NCBI GenBank assembly: GCA_030704615.1 | Contig: CM060731.1 | Coordinates: forward strand, 82,274,001 to 82,338,000 | Length of the DNA: 64,000 bases | Direction: 5' to 3' | From: Takakia lepidozioides | Taxonomy: Eukaryota; Plantae; Bryophyta | Shown here: piece by piece, positions 1 through 12,010 of the stretch | Numbering within the stretch: the first letter of the stretch is position 1 | Layout: each line of letters opens with the position of its first letter | Program-made: the position numbers and the translations under genes | Notes under the pieces: model-generated | What the model saw: only the letters and a program-made list of their open reading frames with translations | What the model was told of the DNA's origin: nothing | The model's database searches: none

Positions 1-657
1 GACATCTTCACAGTTTCTCTCTTCTTCTTCTCCTCTAATGATGCAGTGCCCACGTTTATCCAGGAGCGATTCATCCTCATTAGGGAGACCTCCCATAATG
101 CGTACCGATCGTCCTCTTACGTTGTGGCTGGCGTCATTACTTACCTGCCATTTCTAGCAGTTCAGGCCATGACATACGTTCTGCTTACCTGGTGGGCATT
201 GTCGTTGGATGGAGGATGGCAAATTTTCTTGTTCTTCTGGCTCGTTCTATTTGTCTCGCTCATTACAACGAATTCGTTTGTGATGTTCATCTCCGCACTG
301 GTGCCCAACTACAGTCTGGGGTACTCCGCTGTCATTGCATTCACAGCCCTCTACTTCCTCACATGCGGCTACTTCCTGAACGGATCGAAGATTCCAAAGT
401 GGTGGAAATGGCTGCATTATATATCTACCATGAAGTACCCCTACGAGGCCCTGTTGCGCAACCAGTTTGATCAAAATCGCTGCTACAGTGTAATCCCTGG
501 AGGCTGCGCACTGGGAGGACGTGATCTTCTGACAAGTCTCTCCATCACTAAGCTGACAAAATGGCAATGCCTCTACATCCTGATCGGTTGGGCAATATTC
601 TACCGCATAATGTTCTACTTCGTCCTGCGGTTTGCCTCTAAGAATCAGAGAAAGTAG
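1..657 (+). CDS. STR2: 3' part (transmembrane domain) of a half-size ABCG transporter, STR2-like, copy A; truncated at the window edge
   Basis: Frame 1 reads [23 protein letters not shown]...ETSHNAYR...KYPYEALL...[11 protein letters not shown]. The RFASKNQR C-terminus is typical of STR2, and the sequence is clearly paralogous to 19095-22003. Confidence 0.85.
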   Translation, partial: DIFTVSLFFFSSNDAVPTFIQERFILIRETSHNAYRSSSYVVAGVITYLPFLAVQAMTYVLLTWWALSLDGGWQIFLFFWLVLFVSLITTNSFVMFISALVPNYSLGYSAVIAFTALYFLTCGYFLNGSKIPKWWKWLHYISTMKYPYEALLRNQFDQNRCYSVIPGGCALGGRDLLTSLSITKLTKWQCLYILIGWAIFYRIMFYFVLRFASKNQRK

Positions 658-2674
658 CCGATATTGTACAAGCGTGGAAGAGGTAGCCGTGTACGAAATC
701 CGCTTCCAGCTTCCGAATGTCGTTCCTGAGGGCTAGACTTACCACTGGCATGGAGACCATTCTGCACAAAGGAATCCTAATTCGACCTCCTGGCACTATC
801 ATTAAATGCTCAAGATAACTAGAGCCGAGTTCACTTTCTAGTTGCCCATCACCTGGGCGGCCTTGTCTTCATAGTATGCCTCCTCCTCATCTTCTTGTAC
901 CTCCTCCGTGTTTATGATTGCCTACCATGTTCGCCCACATGGGTGTGCGTCAACGCACTCCAGTTCAGATAGACTTCAGATGTGTACAGTAGTGGCTGGC
1001 AGGTTGATGCTTACAAGGGTGCTATTTAGATCATTTTTTAACATGTATCAAGATTCTATTCAAGAATTACTGCAAATGTAATACAGTATTCAAAACCAGG
1101 CTAGATTCATAGCAGATAAACTTATTTGGAAAACAATTGACCATCAGAATCTCATGTAGACTAGTGGTAACAGCAGCTGCTGCCCGTCATTACTTTGAAC
1201 TGGCTTTGCTAGCTACAAGCTAATCAGCTAGTTCGATTTTCTGAAGCAGGACCCAGTAGCAAGATTAGACATTGACCCACTAACCTAGTCAGTTCAATCA
1301 GTTTAGCACTAAGAAATTTTCTACTAATGTAGGAAGGAAAGCAGTTGCAGCTCATATTCAGTGTGTGCAAAGCTGTGGAGGAATATAATGCAATCTATGG
1401 GACGTCGAAAAAGCTCACATCCATAGACTGAGCTAGGAACAGGTCAAAAGACATTCATGAACAAGAATTATAGCTTAACAACCCAACTGGGCTCGTCAAT
1501 TTTAGGATACGCACAAAGAGCCACCACTTGAAACTGGCCTGGCAAAACCACGTCATGTCATGCTTGCTCACTCTAAACAATTCAAGAGGTGTTATCTAAT
1601 ATCTATTATCTCCATCTTCAAATTCTTGATCTCCTTGATCCCATTAGTCTTGATGATGTTGAAGATTCAGCAGATAAACGTCGTTTCTCTTAATTGTGAC
1701 GACTGTACACTGCAAGGTGTAGTTTTGTGTTGAGGAAACTTCGTCGGAAACCATTTCATTAAATGAAGTAACATCACTTGATGGAAATGCTTGCTGTTTG
1801 TTTTTTGTACATCAAAACTAACTATATCTTCACATGATACTCTCGCATGAGCTTGAACATATGTGCACACTGATTATTCACTTCATATTAGAACCAACAT
1901 TGTCAAAGCTTTGCGAACTAATGATAGAATTGCTTTGAATGACCCAACCACCCTTCATTGGTCGCCGATAAAAAACTTTGTTGAAGTCAATAAGCACGTT
2001 AAACGGCACCAAAATAACTTGTCCATTGCTCCTACTAACGGTCCTCACCGTTTTATGTACCCCTACATGTGATATGATTGAACACTCCATCAAACCTTTT
2101 ACGGGGTAACGAAGCCAATAGTATTAGATACCAGTAGCAACACAATCTGCTTTGCACTGGATGCGATTTTTTTTGCTTGACTCGGGAGATAAGATTTCAC
2201 TACAAGTAGTGGAGTAGTCAGGTTCGCATCAATCTAGATTGTAGACCACAACATTAATTTGGGTCCAAGAGGCACCACAACAATTGCCACATCGTGTACA
2301 TGTGCGCTCGTCTCGAAGCGAATTGCAGCTTCAAAACCAATTTGCTGATTTGAGCCTTCACTCTTTGTCGTACGCAACAACTTAGAAATCAAGGTTAAGA
2401 CTACCGTGTTTTTGCTCCAAGACGTCACCTTAACTGACCCTGCACAAACTCAAAGAACACCTTGTGCTTGGAAGCTCATACAATAATTGAGCAATTTGAT
2501 AGGCCAAACTGCAGTAGCATTTTGCAAGTCCATCTTGTCCAGAAATTGCCAGAGAAGCGTCATACTATGTGGCGAAAACTTTACTTCCCTACAATTTTCT
2601 TTTTGTGGATCCACGTCCATGGTCCCAGTACTTTTCCTTCCAAACTCAGTGGAAGTTAAAGTAACTTTATCTTT

Positions 2675-3174
2675 NNNNNNNNNNNNNNNNNNNNNNNNNN
2701 NNNNNNNNNNNNNNNNNNNNNNNNNNNNNNNNNNNNNNNNNNNNNNNNNNNNNNNNNNNNNNNNNNNNNNNNNNNNNNNNNNNNNNNNNNNNNNNNNNNN
2801 NNNNNNNNNNNNNNNNNNNNNNNNNNNNNNNNNNNNNNNNNNNNNNNNNNNNNNNNNNNNNNNNNNNNNNNNNNNNNNNNNNNNNNNNNNNNNNNNNNNN
2901 NNNNNNNNNNNNNNNNNNNNNNNNNNNNNNNNNNNNNNNNNNNNNNNNNNNNNNNNNNNNNNNNNNNNNNNNNNNNNNNNNNNNNNNNNNNNNNNNNNNN
3001 NNNNNNNNNNNNNNNNNNNNNNNNNNNNNNNNNNNNNNNNNNNNNNNNNNNNNNNNNNNNNNNNNNNNNNNNNNNNNNNNNNNNNNNNNNNNNNNNNNNN
3101 NNNNNNNNNNNNNNNNNNNNNNNNNNNNNNNNNNNNNNNNNNNNNNNNNNNNNNNNNNNNNNNNNNNNNNNNNN
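2675..3174. other. Assembly gap (500 N)
   Basis: Run of exactly 500 N. Confidence 1.
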
Positions 3175-3546
3175 AGAGGGGGTCGCCAAGGGTGGGAGGG
3201 CTCCCCGGACCCCACCAGTCTGTCGCTAGGTCTGCTGGGCAAGCTGGTCTCTGCTTGGGCCCACAAAACACTTGAGCTAATCTGCTAGGGCCCATAATAT
3301 GCAGATAAAGCATTAGTTATTGCATAAATCTTTAGAAAGTGGTGGGTAGTGTGGTGGTTAACATCAATGAGAGATAAACACGAGGTTTGTTGTTCAAATC
3401 TTGTCATGTTGTACTGTGGTAGTAATATGTGTTATTAAATATATATTTTGTCGAAGGGTATGCCGGTTTGCTGGAGGGTCCAAGCCGGTCTGCCGGAGGG
3501 GCAGGGATGCCTCGGTGTGAGCCTGGTGGCGTGAGCGCAGCCGCGC

Positions 3547-5586
3547 TCACGCCACGTCACCTTGAACGAACGCCACGTCACCGAGCTCACTCCACATCAT
3601 CGAGCTTAAAAGCCACGTCAACGCGCGCCAATTAAGAAGCAGACTGTATTTCCGCGGAAGAGCACCCTCAACCGCGGAAACAAGTTCGACGAAATAATAA
3701 AATGACGTGGTCATCCCCACCTGAAAGCAACAATTGAATGCAGGATGGATGAATGTAGAGTGGATGAGAAATATATGGATATGTGGGAACAATGCAAACG
3801 AATGGATGAATGTGGGATGGATATTGAATAGTGGAAAACATTCTTGAATGGAGGATGCATGAATACACAATAGATGAATGCACAATGGATATGACATGAG
3901 TGTGAGGGGTTGAGGGGATGGATTCATGAAGATTGACATTTGAATCCGAGTAGATTGTTTGAATCACCTTTTTTTCTGCCGGAACAAATGCAATGAGGCA
4001 AGGGAATTCAATGAGTTCCGAATAGGATATTAATTGAACAAAATAAATGCGAAGTTCAGTCTGATCCAGAGTCAGTACAATGTCGGTACCGATCATCACA
4101 ATCAGACTGCCTTGGGAAGCACAACCCATGAGGTCTAAATGTGATGGTCGACACCGATCATCACTATAAGTCAGAATCCCCTCTATCACACATTGAACTT
4201 GATGTCCTCTCTTGGATTCTGGTGCATTGCCAATCTGTTCAAAAAATGATGATCGGTACCGTTCATCACAATCAGATTGCATTAGGAAGCGAACCCCATG
4301 ACGTCTGAGTGTGATGGTTGGCACCGATCATCACTCTTAGTCAGAATCCCTTCTTTCACCCACTGAACTTGGTCTCATTTTATGGATTCTGGTGTATTGC
4401 CAAACCGTTCAAACAGTGATGGTCGGTACCGATCATCACAATCAGATTGCCTTGGGAAGCACAACCCATGAGGTCTGGATGTGATGGTCGGCACCGATCA
4501 TCACTTCACAACATAATTCTGCATTTCATTGTATGAGATATAGAGCATAGAAATGGACTTGTAGGCAATGGTCGACACCGACCATCACTTTTCTATTTCT
4601 CCAATTCCAAATATGAAGTTGAATGGACATTTCTCCACCTAAAGAATTTCATTGTACAAAGGCTTCCAGTGCGAGAAAGGATTTTGGGTTAACATGCAGT
4701 CATTGCCGAAAGTGATGATCGGTACCGACCATCACTATTTAAGTGCCAAGGGATGCACAAACAATGGGAGCTGAATGTGATGGTCGGTATCGATCATCAC
4801 TTTCCTGAACGACCACGCCATTTCTAAACTGTTCTGAACAAGAAGGGAATGGACCTCAAAGCGATGATCGTTACCGATCATCGCTTTGACGTCATTGCAA
4901 GATGCGTCTTTAGTTCCCTGTCACTCTTGAATCACAATGAACATCACATTCTTTGCTTAAATAAAGCAATGGCGAAGGTGATGGTCAGCACCGATCATCA
5001 CTTTCGCCTTGATACATATTCTTTCCTGCCTGCCCGACTTTCTGAATCTGCTGAAATAAGACACCAACTACATTCTTCTGTAAAGCGATGATCGCCACCG
5101 ATCATCGCTTTTCTCACATCGGGGGACTATCAGTAAAGAGGGAGAAGTGCGTTTGAGAGAACTTACGGATCCCTTCGCCTTCTTTGGCTTTGTGGCTGCA
5201 TCGCTCGGATCGCCCTCTGCAGCTTTCCTCTTCCCTTTTTCATCGGTCTGAACATAAGAAAAAACAATGTAATGATCCCACATGGAATGGAAAACATCAA
5301 GACTAATGATAACAGTATTATGCGGATATTGAATGATCACCATTTCTGTCTGATGTAGGGTTTGCTGACTTCCTCCCGGTATGGCGTCCACTGCTCCTCC
5401 TTCTGTTGTGTTGTCTTCGTGCATGAACTCGGCTGGCACTGTTTGGTTACCTACGCTCATTGCTCCAGCCGTCGCTGCGACTGCGGCGACCTCACTCTCA
5501 CTTCCTACATGCTCTTCTGCTTGATCTGTCTCCAAGTTCACATGATGCCTAAGCGCTGCACCATCTTGCATGCGACGCCTCGTCAT
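3547..5586 (-). CDS. Putative spliced accessory gene inside the MULE, divergent from the transposase
   Basis: Acidic ORF MTRRRMQDG...QTEM, then a GT..AG intron (about 5340-5248), an exon TDEKGKRKAAEG...KPKKAKGS (NLS-like) followed by GTAAG, and a candidate last exon TTTCAG/VGMTTSFYYFVELVSAV. The last exon is conserved in the related copy near 53950-54004 (VGMTTVFYYVVQLVSAV). Confidence 0.45.
4083..5108. repeat. Array of 12 copies of a 24-bp palindrome (consensus GTGATGRTCGGTACCGATCATCAC) with variable spacers
   Basis: Copies start at about 4076 (partial), 4141, 4246, 4311, 4416, 4481, 4565, 4712, 4777, 4861, 4978 and 5085. Confidence 0.9.
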
Positions 5587-6437
5587 TTGCTCTCTTGATC
5601 TCAGCCTCTCTCTAACCAATGTAAAATACAATGATTTCCTCCTCTTCCGAACCGAACAAGGAACCCTCTCCAGCTTGACTTCCTCTCTTCCTCTAAGAAA
5701 CAAGAATGATGAACAGACTCGTTTTCTTCCGGGGTCCCTTCGTTTTTGAAGTGTCCCTGGAACCGTTCGATTCCCTCTTGCGTGTCCAATACTTGAACGT
5801 ACGTGACAGTGAAAATAGCGTAACCTATTTGGGACAGTTGTTCCTTTGCGCGGTTGTTTTGGGTTCTTGGCGTGTGCAAACATAAATTTGACATGTGTCT
5901 TTTTTGTGACGGCTTCATTAATATCACCGTTGGACGTCATGGATGAGAATTCTCGAAGTACTTGCCATGAGGCCTAGTTAGGATTTAACGGAATATGCGT
6001 ACGTGGAGAGTTCTGGGCCCAGGGATTGCATGATCTTGAAACCATCCACATGATCAGACATATTGGATATAGTCATGGCCTGACAAATGAACTAATTACT
6101 TCAATTCTCTTCCCATCATCCATGCATGGGATCCTCAGGCTGTCTTCAAGGAAGTCGGTGGGTTTTTATTGTTTTGGGGAGACCCCCACAACTAGATGGA
6201 TTATCTGTCAGCATTGCTCAAAAGACAATACAGACTGCATGTCCCATACGTTAATTTGACGGTGACTTGTCAGGAACCGTCCCACATTGATTAGATGGAA
6301 TATCATAATATGCACAATCTTCAAGGAACGGGTGCTCCCGCCTCATTTCATGTGCAACCAGTGTGTTGCATAGCTGAATCATCTGATTTCGCAAAGGAGC
6401 AGCTGAGGAAAGAAAACCCCCCGCTCGGGGACGTAAC

Positions 6438-9400
6438 ATGGCTTCCTCCGAAGCAGAGTTTTATTCTGACGACAAACCAATGCCTTTTTCCAAAGAAGCA
6501 CTTGACAATGGATTCGCGATTGTGATGGAACATGTCCTGGCTACCCGGTTTGAACTTTTGAATGGGTCCATCTTCTTGGAGAAAGAGGTGTACGATTTCG
6601 ACGGAAAGTTGTTGAAATACTCTTTTCAACATCGTGATGAGACGGCTCATGTGAGCCAGTGGAGAGTGCGCCCTGGTAGATACAGAGTACTTGGAGAGCC
6701 TCGGAGAAAGTCCCTTGGATCATATGTGACGTCCGGGACTGCTGCTTCAGTCGTTGAAGACAAAAGTGAGGTGGTGGTGAAAAAAGAAGAAACGTGCTCA
6801 ACTCCAATCGTTGAGCTTTCGGATTCGTCCGATGATGACATTAGTGAAATTCCAACTCCAGTCCTTTGTACTGTAGTTGTGGAAGCGGATGAAGAAGACA
6901 TTTGTAGTGTCATTCCAAAACTACAGGCGATGGGAGGAATGGCAGGTTTCAAAAGTGAGTTGCGGGGAATTGATTGGGAAGCTTTGAAGCAGGTGCCTGC
7001 GAAGTTCCTGCGATAGACTTTTGATGGGGATAACCTATTCGAGCTGCCTCCTCCTCCGCGAGTTGGAGGTATAACAAGCATGATGCACGGAATTGACAAG
7101 AAACACGACGGGCACCCATGGTGCAGAACAAAAACATCCAATATTCAAAATGAGGACAAGTTTGTTTTCAGGAGAACAATATGCAATGGATACCTTAGGT
7201 GTGATAATTTGAATTGCAGACACTTTCTTCAGTCTGGGGTTCACAATCAAAGCGAGTGGGAGGGTCTCGCGGAAAATCCATTTAAGCCTAGGACTGCTCC
7301 TCCAGCGGAAACCACTTTCGTTTGCAAATTCTGCAAACTAGTACCAACCTGCCTGGCGCTGTGTGGAGCAAGAATGTACTATGTTGTCCACCGTTTGAAA
7401 ACTATGACAAGAGCTTGTGTGCATTTCGGTTTCCATAACCATCCTGTTTCGAAGGGGGATTACAGGGAGAGTGTTGAGACAGTATCGAGGTTGATTAAAC
7501 AGGAGTACAATAGAACAACATCCGCAATTGCTCTTGGCGCAAGCAAGTCCTTCTTGGAAAGCCATATTTTGAGTGAAGGGGATTCTGTGGGGACTAAACT
7601 TGACGGTGCAGCACTCGACGTTGTCATGGATTATTTCTCCACGTTGAGTTCACCTAACACTCGGCATCAGATCAATGCATTGAGAATGGGCTCTGGGATC
7701 AGAGGCTACATAGACAACATTTTGGAATTGAAACGACTGAGCATGTACGACTACATCCAGGACAATGTTTTTCCAGGTCAAGGTGTCATCAAAGTTTTTC
7801 TTTTCAAAATGTTGACTGTTGGGGAGGGTAGTGGGGTTAGCCTCGTGAAGCGGATGCAGAAGACTGGGGACCTGCATAATTGTTTTCTTATGTTTGATCA
7901 TGTGAAACGAGTGAAAGATTGGACGACAATGGCTTGTCATGTGTACGATCCAGTGTACCAACGAGTTATGACAATTGCAGTTTGTGACATGCAATTCGAG
8001 GATACGGAATCCCAGAAGCTCATGTGGAATTCCCTTGTATGTGTTATGGGCTGCCATGGGGTGTCATCTCCAAATTTTGCTGGTTTTATGGCAGATAGTG
8101 CTCAGGCGAATTTCAATGCAGTTCGAATTGTCTTCGGATCAGGCGACCCAAAAGTGCCAATGCCGGGAAGAGAGCGTACATGTCTATTCCATTGGACAAT
8201 ATCTTTGGAGAAACATACAAAATCGGACATCAAACCAGAAATGCAGACACAACACCGTAAATTGTGCAAAGAGTACAAAGATGCTAGAACAATGAAGGAG
8301 GCGGACACTTTGTTCCAGACAATTCGTGCTTGGTGGTTCTCTTCTGGAGCTGCATCGCTTGAGAGTATGAGAGCATTGGAAGATTGGCTGGCGTTTTGGC
8401 ACTTCCGGTACAGACAGTGGGGAGCAGCCATGACAATGGTGCGAGGCTTCTATTGCTAGCTTTATTCATACATTTACTTTCCAAATTTTGCTCTCCTTGC
8501 TTTCTTTATGTTGTTCCCTGTGCACAGTTCTGAAGTGTGGTTCTGCTCTTTGCAGAACATGTCCATTGAGGAAATGGCGGACATGCCATCTTGCAATTTG
8601 GCAGAGACTGTGCACAATGCATGGTTGCAACAGTCTGGGAAACGAGGTCGGGATTTGTATGTGGCAACAACAGATGATCTGATACGTGCCTTGCAACAAC
8701 AAACCAGATACCGTGATTTCTTGCGAGGAGGGGCTGGTGGCAAGGGTCCGGACAAACAGGAGTTGATGTTGTGTGCTGCAAACAGATCTGGGGATCCAAG
8801 CAAGATAGCACGGGCGGTGAGCATGTATGCCCAGGGAACGCCACTTGTTTCTAGAGTTCCACATCTTGAAGGGGAGGAGAGATTCGGCTCATGTAAGAGG
8901 AAATCGAACACCCCACCTGGTTCGGATTCTGATTCGCACAGGGCAGACCGTGATAACTTCTCGAAGCCTCGTGTTCCCCTGCATGGCAGATCCATGTCCG
9001 GAACCTCCATTCTGGATGAACCTCCGACTCGACGGCAGGCTCCAGCATCTAACAGTGCCACTGAAATGGTGCAGGAGAGAAACTACCCCTTTGATGTGTT
9101 GGTGTCCGCATGCCCCGACCACGTTTGGCACATAGAACGCACAAGTGCAGGGTCTCGTGTGAAATGTACAGCGATCAGGGCAACTAATTTCGAGAAGTGC
9201 ACTTCATTTATATCCAGAGGCGGTGCCCGGACTTCTGCTTCGACTTTCACGGGTTTGATGCGTCCATACGGCCAACCAGAAGCAAAGAACCACAAGTTCT
9301 GGTTCTGCGCAGACGATTGTGGTAGATGTGTGCATGGAACTGTGCGTCCTTCCGTGGTGATGAAGCCAGCTCCTCCAACCGTTTGGCCCATCAAGGTGGG

Positions 9401-9920
9401 AACACATCTCACAAGTCAGGAGATTGCAATGCTGGAGGAGGCAGGCTTTTCCCTTGTGAGACAATCCCTACTGCATACATGTGTTTCTACTTCTGCGTCC
9501 TCTCGGGTCCCCCCGGCAAATCCTCACTTGTGGCCAACCAAACGAGATGGAAAGCTCGTTCGGCGTTTCCCTCCAACCGCTGAACACTTCGGCAAAGTGG
9601 GGTCCGCAAGAAAGCTCCAAGCTCGTGTTGCAAGCACCACGGAAGTGCTCGATCCAGGATATGGTCGGGTGTACACAATGATCACTTCGACATATGCTGT
9701 TGATGACAGGGCATACGACATCACGGTTTTCAATTTTCCCAATTGCACATGTCCTGATTTTGTGAATATGCTATCAACCAGTTTGGGCAAGAGAGGTAAA
9801 TTCATACCCTGCAAACATTTGTATTTCGTATTTTTGAAGATGATGGTTTGCGATCCCAAATGTGACAACTTCGTTCACTAGGCCACTCTGAGTTTCAACG
9901 AGGTCGATACTCTATTGTAG
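6438..9920 (+). pseudogene. MULE transposase (WRKY/GCM1-type Cys/His DNA-binding region, DDE core, C-terminal SWIM finger) with premature stops
   Basis: ORFs at 6438, 7080 and 8508 share one frame. Motifs: MFDHVKR (D1), FMADSAQA (D2), TCLFHW (CxxH), CNLAETVH (E), and SWIM CTCPDF...PCKH. Phase-0 GT..AG intron at 8439-8555. In-frame TAG at 7014 and 9879; the frame continues after them as TFDGDNLFELPP and ATLSFNEVDTLL. Confidence 0.8.
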
Positions 9921-10760
9921 CGGGATACAACACATAGGTAGCATCAACTATGCCATGTGGTATATGGACGATCATGCTATGAAATGTGTAATTTGCAACA
10001 TTGTCATGGAAATTCAATTCAAATCAATTCGTTTGCAACATCGTCGGCGGTGCAATGATATGGCGTCCCTTACCCCTCCATTATCCTTCCAACTATACTG
10101 AGTGAGCTCTGAGTGGCAACTTTTAAAAGCACATTCATCATTGCACCGTTCGAAGTGTACATGTCTTCCTGTCGCTATGCACTGCAACCATCTTTTGAAG
10201 ATGATCCTAACTCTCATTGTTATTTGGGGATGGAGCAAGGTCTTCCTGTTGCAGCCTCTATGGTGCACACTTTGTGAGGATATTTCAAACCCTTGTAATT
10301 ATAAAAGTGAAACAAACATTTGTAATTGCACAATGTTGGATGCTGCAATTGTAGGCCTCATGGTAGTCTTTATTGTATTCAGCCAAAGATTCCCTTCATT
10401 ATTCCCACGGTCATAGGACCATCCTCGGTTATAGGCGGCGCATGTTCATGCTGACGTGGCAGATGACAACGCAGGGCCACGTCAGCATTTGCTGCCACAT
10501 CAGCCTGCTTACATCACGTTCACGCCACGTCAGCGTGGGTGCACGCTCACGCCACGTCACTCCTGCGTGAGCGTACGCTCGCGTGCTCACGCGCAAGGCT
10601 CACGCCATTGCGTCGTTGCCGGAGGGGGGTCTGCCCAGTCTGCTGGAGAGGTGCCTGTCCGTCGGTCTGCTGGAGGGTCTGCCCAGTCCGCTAGAAGGTC
10701 CGCCACGGTAGATGAACGTGGACTTAGAAAAATTTCAGAATTTTGCCAACCCGGTGAATG

Positions 10761-10936
10761 GGCAGTGGGCTTATGAGCTCACCCCAAAGGTCATACTGGT
10801 GGGGCCCGCCCGTGCATTCATGACCCTATTATTAAAAAATGAGAGCCCGGCAATGGGCTTATGAGCTCACCCCAAAGGTCATACTGGTGGGGCCCGTCCG
10901 TGCATTCATGACCCTATTATTAAAAAATGAGAGCCC
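10761..10936 (+). repeat. Tandem duplication, 2 x 88 bp
   Basis: GGCA(G/A)TGGGCTTATGAGCTCACCCCAAAGG...AAAAATGAGAGCCC repeated at 10761 and 10849. Confidence 0.9.
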
Positions 10937-10938
10937 TA

Positions 10939-11227
10939 CCGTACCTGCCTATGCTGTCCGATGATAAATAATTGCACAAACAGATTGCCGGAAATCTTAA
11001 AATGACTGCTGGGCCGAATGTCAAAGATATTCGATCCCAAAACTTGCCCTACCAAATTCATGCGGATACCATTGCACTACCCACTTACACATGTGACAAA
11101 GATGTTTTATTATTATTTATGATTATCATTGCTGAAACTGCAGAAACAAAAAGCCTGCCGGACCCCTTCCTGGAGAAAAAAATAATTATTCCAGCAGGGT
11201 CCTGATGAACAGCATAGGCAAGTACGG
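10939..11227. mobile_element. Tc1/mariner-type MITE
   Basis: TIR CCGTAC(C/T)TGCCTATGCTGT at both ends, flanked by TA on each side; non-coding interior. Confidence 0.8.
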
Positions 11228-11374
11228 TAATAAATTTAAATTACAAAAGAGTTTCAAAATTATTTTGATGTGCGCACAATATTATATTTACTTTTTTCGC
11301 ATAAGATATCTAGAATCAACGTATTCACCTTCAACAAAAGGTAGTTTTTCCTTGAGATGAGAAATACCTGCACA

Positions 11375-11617
11375 TCGGCTGGTAGCTCAGCCGGTAAGTG
11401 CACAGTGTGTCGCCCCGTGGTTCGGTTCAAACGTTCAAACCCGCTACCTTGCCCCGTGTGTGGGATTGTTCGTGACGGTATGTCTGGGCGTTGATCGTCC
11501 TGTAGGTCTCATGGCCCATAAATGAAAGGGGGTTAATTTTCCCCCCTCCTCTGGCAAGAGCCTGAATTGTGGGCTGTCGCTCCCAGGTTTCCTTTTAATT
11601 ATTTTGTTTAAAAAAAA
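11375..11617 (+). mobile_element. tRNA-derived SINE
   Basis: Pol III A box TAGCTCAGCCGG (11383), B box GTTCAAACC (11433), body of about 170 bp, A8 tail. Confidence 0.6.
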
Positions 11618-11972
11618 CCATATGTTACGATTCTTTGTTATTTTTTTCTCATTTGGAAAAAAAATTGAAAAAAAATTTCAACTGCAAAACAATGTTTTTG
11701 AGTTTTGATTTTATTTTTAGTTATTAAAAAGTTAATGAAAATTATTATAAAAAATAATTATTTATAAAAAATATGATTATTTATATTTTTAATTTAAGAT
11801 GTGATGTACTTGAGTCATCTTTAATGAGATGTTATAATTTATGATACTATTATAATACAATATTATTTAAATATTATATATTTGTTCTTAATGGTATTCC
11901 ACGTGGACTATGACAAGTTTTAGTTTCTTTCTTCCCAATAATTCTACATAATTCTCTATCTGTTGTGTGTGC

Positions 11973-11977
<5 letters not shown>

Positions 11978-12006
<29 letters not shown>
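11978..12006. repeat. (TA)n microsatellite
   Basis: Directly visible. Confidence 0.95.

Positions 12007-12010
<4 letters not shown>

Larger units (their letters stand above)
3502..10618 (+). mobile_element. Complete Mutator-like (MULE) DNA transposon, 7.1 kb
   Basis: The 9-bp direct repeat CCGGAGGGG at 3493-3501 and 10619-10627 flanks short imperfect TIRs (left CAGGGATGCCTCGGTGTGAGCCT; right reverse complement CAACGACGCAATGGCGTGAGCCT). A DDE/SWIM transposase lies inside. Confidence 0.8.

Noticed and set aside
1-657. Copy A as an uncollapsed allele of copy B
   Set aside because: Too many amino-acid and synonymous differences, and only patchy similarity in the 3' flank.
2450-3313. Long ORFs spanning the N run
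   Set aside because: Artefacts of translating through the gap.
3340-3405. tRNA gene
   Set aside because: Only degenerate A/B-box-like words and no cloverleaf; at best a SINE relic.
4076-5108. True CRISPR array
   Set aside because: The context is eukaryotic, there are no cas genes, spacers range from 41 to 123 bp and are partly tandem duplicates, and the array lies inside a transposon.
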